Source: Mycobacteriales bacterium | GTDB lineage: Bacteria > Actinomycetota > Actinomycetes > DATLTS01 | Assembly (NCBI GenBank): GCA_035533475.1 | Contig: DATLTS010000048.1 | Span: 52,308 to 116,307 of the forward strand | DNA: 64,000 nt | Direction: 5' to 3' | Shown: positions 63,362 to 64,000 of the stretch, piece by piece | Layout: every line of letters begins with the position of its first letter | Position numbering within the stretch: the stretch's first letter is position 1 | Made by a program: the position numbers and the translations under genes | The notes under the pieces: model-generated | What the model was told of the DNA's origin: nothing | Database searches by the model: none | The model's input: only the letters and a program-made list of their open reading frames with translations

Positions 63362-64000
63362 GCCTGACCCGGGAGCAGATGGCCGCGCGGGCCGCGCTGG
63401 AGCTCGCCGACGGCTCCTACGTCAACCTCGGCATCGGGCTGCCGACGCTGGTGCCGAACTACCTGCCACCTGGCGTCACCGTCGTGCTTCAGAGCGAGAA
63501 CGGGATCCTCGGGGTCGGCCCCTACCCCGTCGCGGGCGAGGAGGACCCCGATCTGATCAACGCCGGCAAGGAGACCGTGACGGTCCTGCCCGGGGCGTCG
63601 TTCTTCGACTCGGCCCTGTCCTTCGGCATGATCCGCGGTGGCCACATCGATGCCGCGGTTCTCGGTGCCATGCAGGTCTCGAAGGACGGCGACCTGGCGA
63701 ACTGGACCATTCCCGGCAAGATGATCAAAGGGATGGGCGGGGCGATGGACCTGGTGCACGGCGCCCGCCGGGTCATCGTGCTGATGGAGCACGTCGCGCG
63801 GGACGGATCGCCGAAGATCCTCGACGAGTGCACGTTGCCCTACACCGGACGCCGCGTCGTCCAGCGGATCATCACCGACCTGGCGGTCCTCGATGTCACG
63901 CCCGACGGATTGGTGTTGCGCGAACTTGCCCCGCAGGTGAGCGTCGAGGAGGTGCGGGCCGTCACGGAGCCGACCCTCACGGTTCCGGCGGAGCCGTCGG
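63358..64000 (+). CDS. scoB: 3-oxoacid CoA-transferase subunit B (3' end runs off the window)
   Basis: ATG 63358 overlaps the scoA stop (ATGA). I translated the frame by hand and found no stop before position 64000. It has [10 protein letters not shown], the SENGILG catalytic Glu motif and GMGGAMDLV. Confidence 0.92.
   Translation, partial: MSLTREQMAARAALELADGSYVNLGIGLPTLVPNYLPPGVTVVLQSENGILGVGPYPVAGEEDPDLINAGKETVTVLPGASFFDSALSFGMIRGGHIDAAVLGAMQVSKDGDLANWTIPGKMIKGMGGAMDLVHGARRVIVLMEHVARDGSPKILDECTLPYTGRRVVQRIITDLAVLDVTPDGLVLRELAPQVSVEEVRAVTEPTLTVPAEPS

Overview
This window is a very GC-rich stretch of Actinomycetota chromosomal core with strong GC3 bias (GC judged by eye, not computed). It is densely packed with about 62 protein genes. 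I saw no rRNA, tRNA, CRISPR array, transposase, integrase or phage-like gene. Gene order follows blocks I recall from Mycobacterium tuberculosis and Streptomyces: (1) rplM-rpsI-glmM-glmS-acpS-nnr-alr-hydrolase-UDG/GNAT-tsaE-(insert)-tsaB-rimI-tsaD. (2) CIRCE-controlled groES-groEL1. (3) A BldM-like response regulator, an anti-sigma-like membrane protein and an Rv3412-like gene. (4) guaB-guaB3-choD-guaA. (5) pcrA/uvrD1, then a four-gene insert, then sucCD-perM-like-purN-purH-folD. (6) An FHA-LuxR regulator divergent from citA-ACT-DUF3017, then icd-mdh. (7) CNNM-trpS-LigT-like, dacB, and the large subunit of a split B12 mutase. (8) An acyl-CoA carboxylase and biotin block (accA3-like, accE/accD5, birA), a bPH-cyclase pair, and hmgL-accD1-scoAB. 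Many of the long ORFs in the six-frame track are antisense artefacts of GC-rich DNA. Start codons were re-picked by hand from conserved N-termini, SD-like motifs and 4-nt start/stop overlaps. I do not see a convincing new multi-gene system here; this is mostly ordinary housekeeping DNA. The leads most worth a second look are: a response regulator translationally coupled to an anti-sigma-like protein with no sigma factor nearby; a 15-bp x3 tandem copy of the guaB SD plus ATG; a family-4 UDG fused to a GNAT domain inside the tsaE operon; an exported His/Cys-motif protein inserted between tsaE and tsaB; a birA-bPH-cyclase operon whose cyclase has a MerR-like N-terminus; and a split MCM-type mutase whose B12-binding subunit sits divergent from an AccD3-like carboxyltransferase. 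All family names come from my own reading and recall of motifs. No database search was run.
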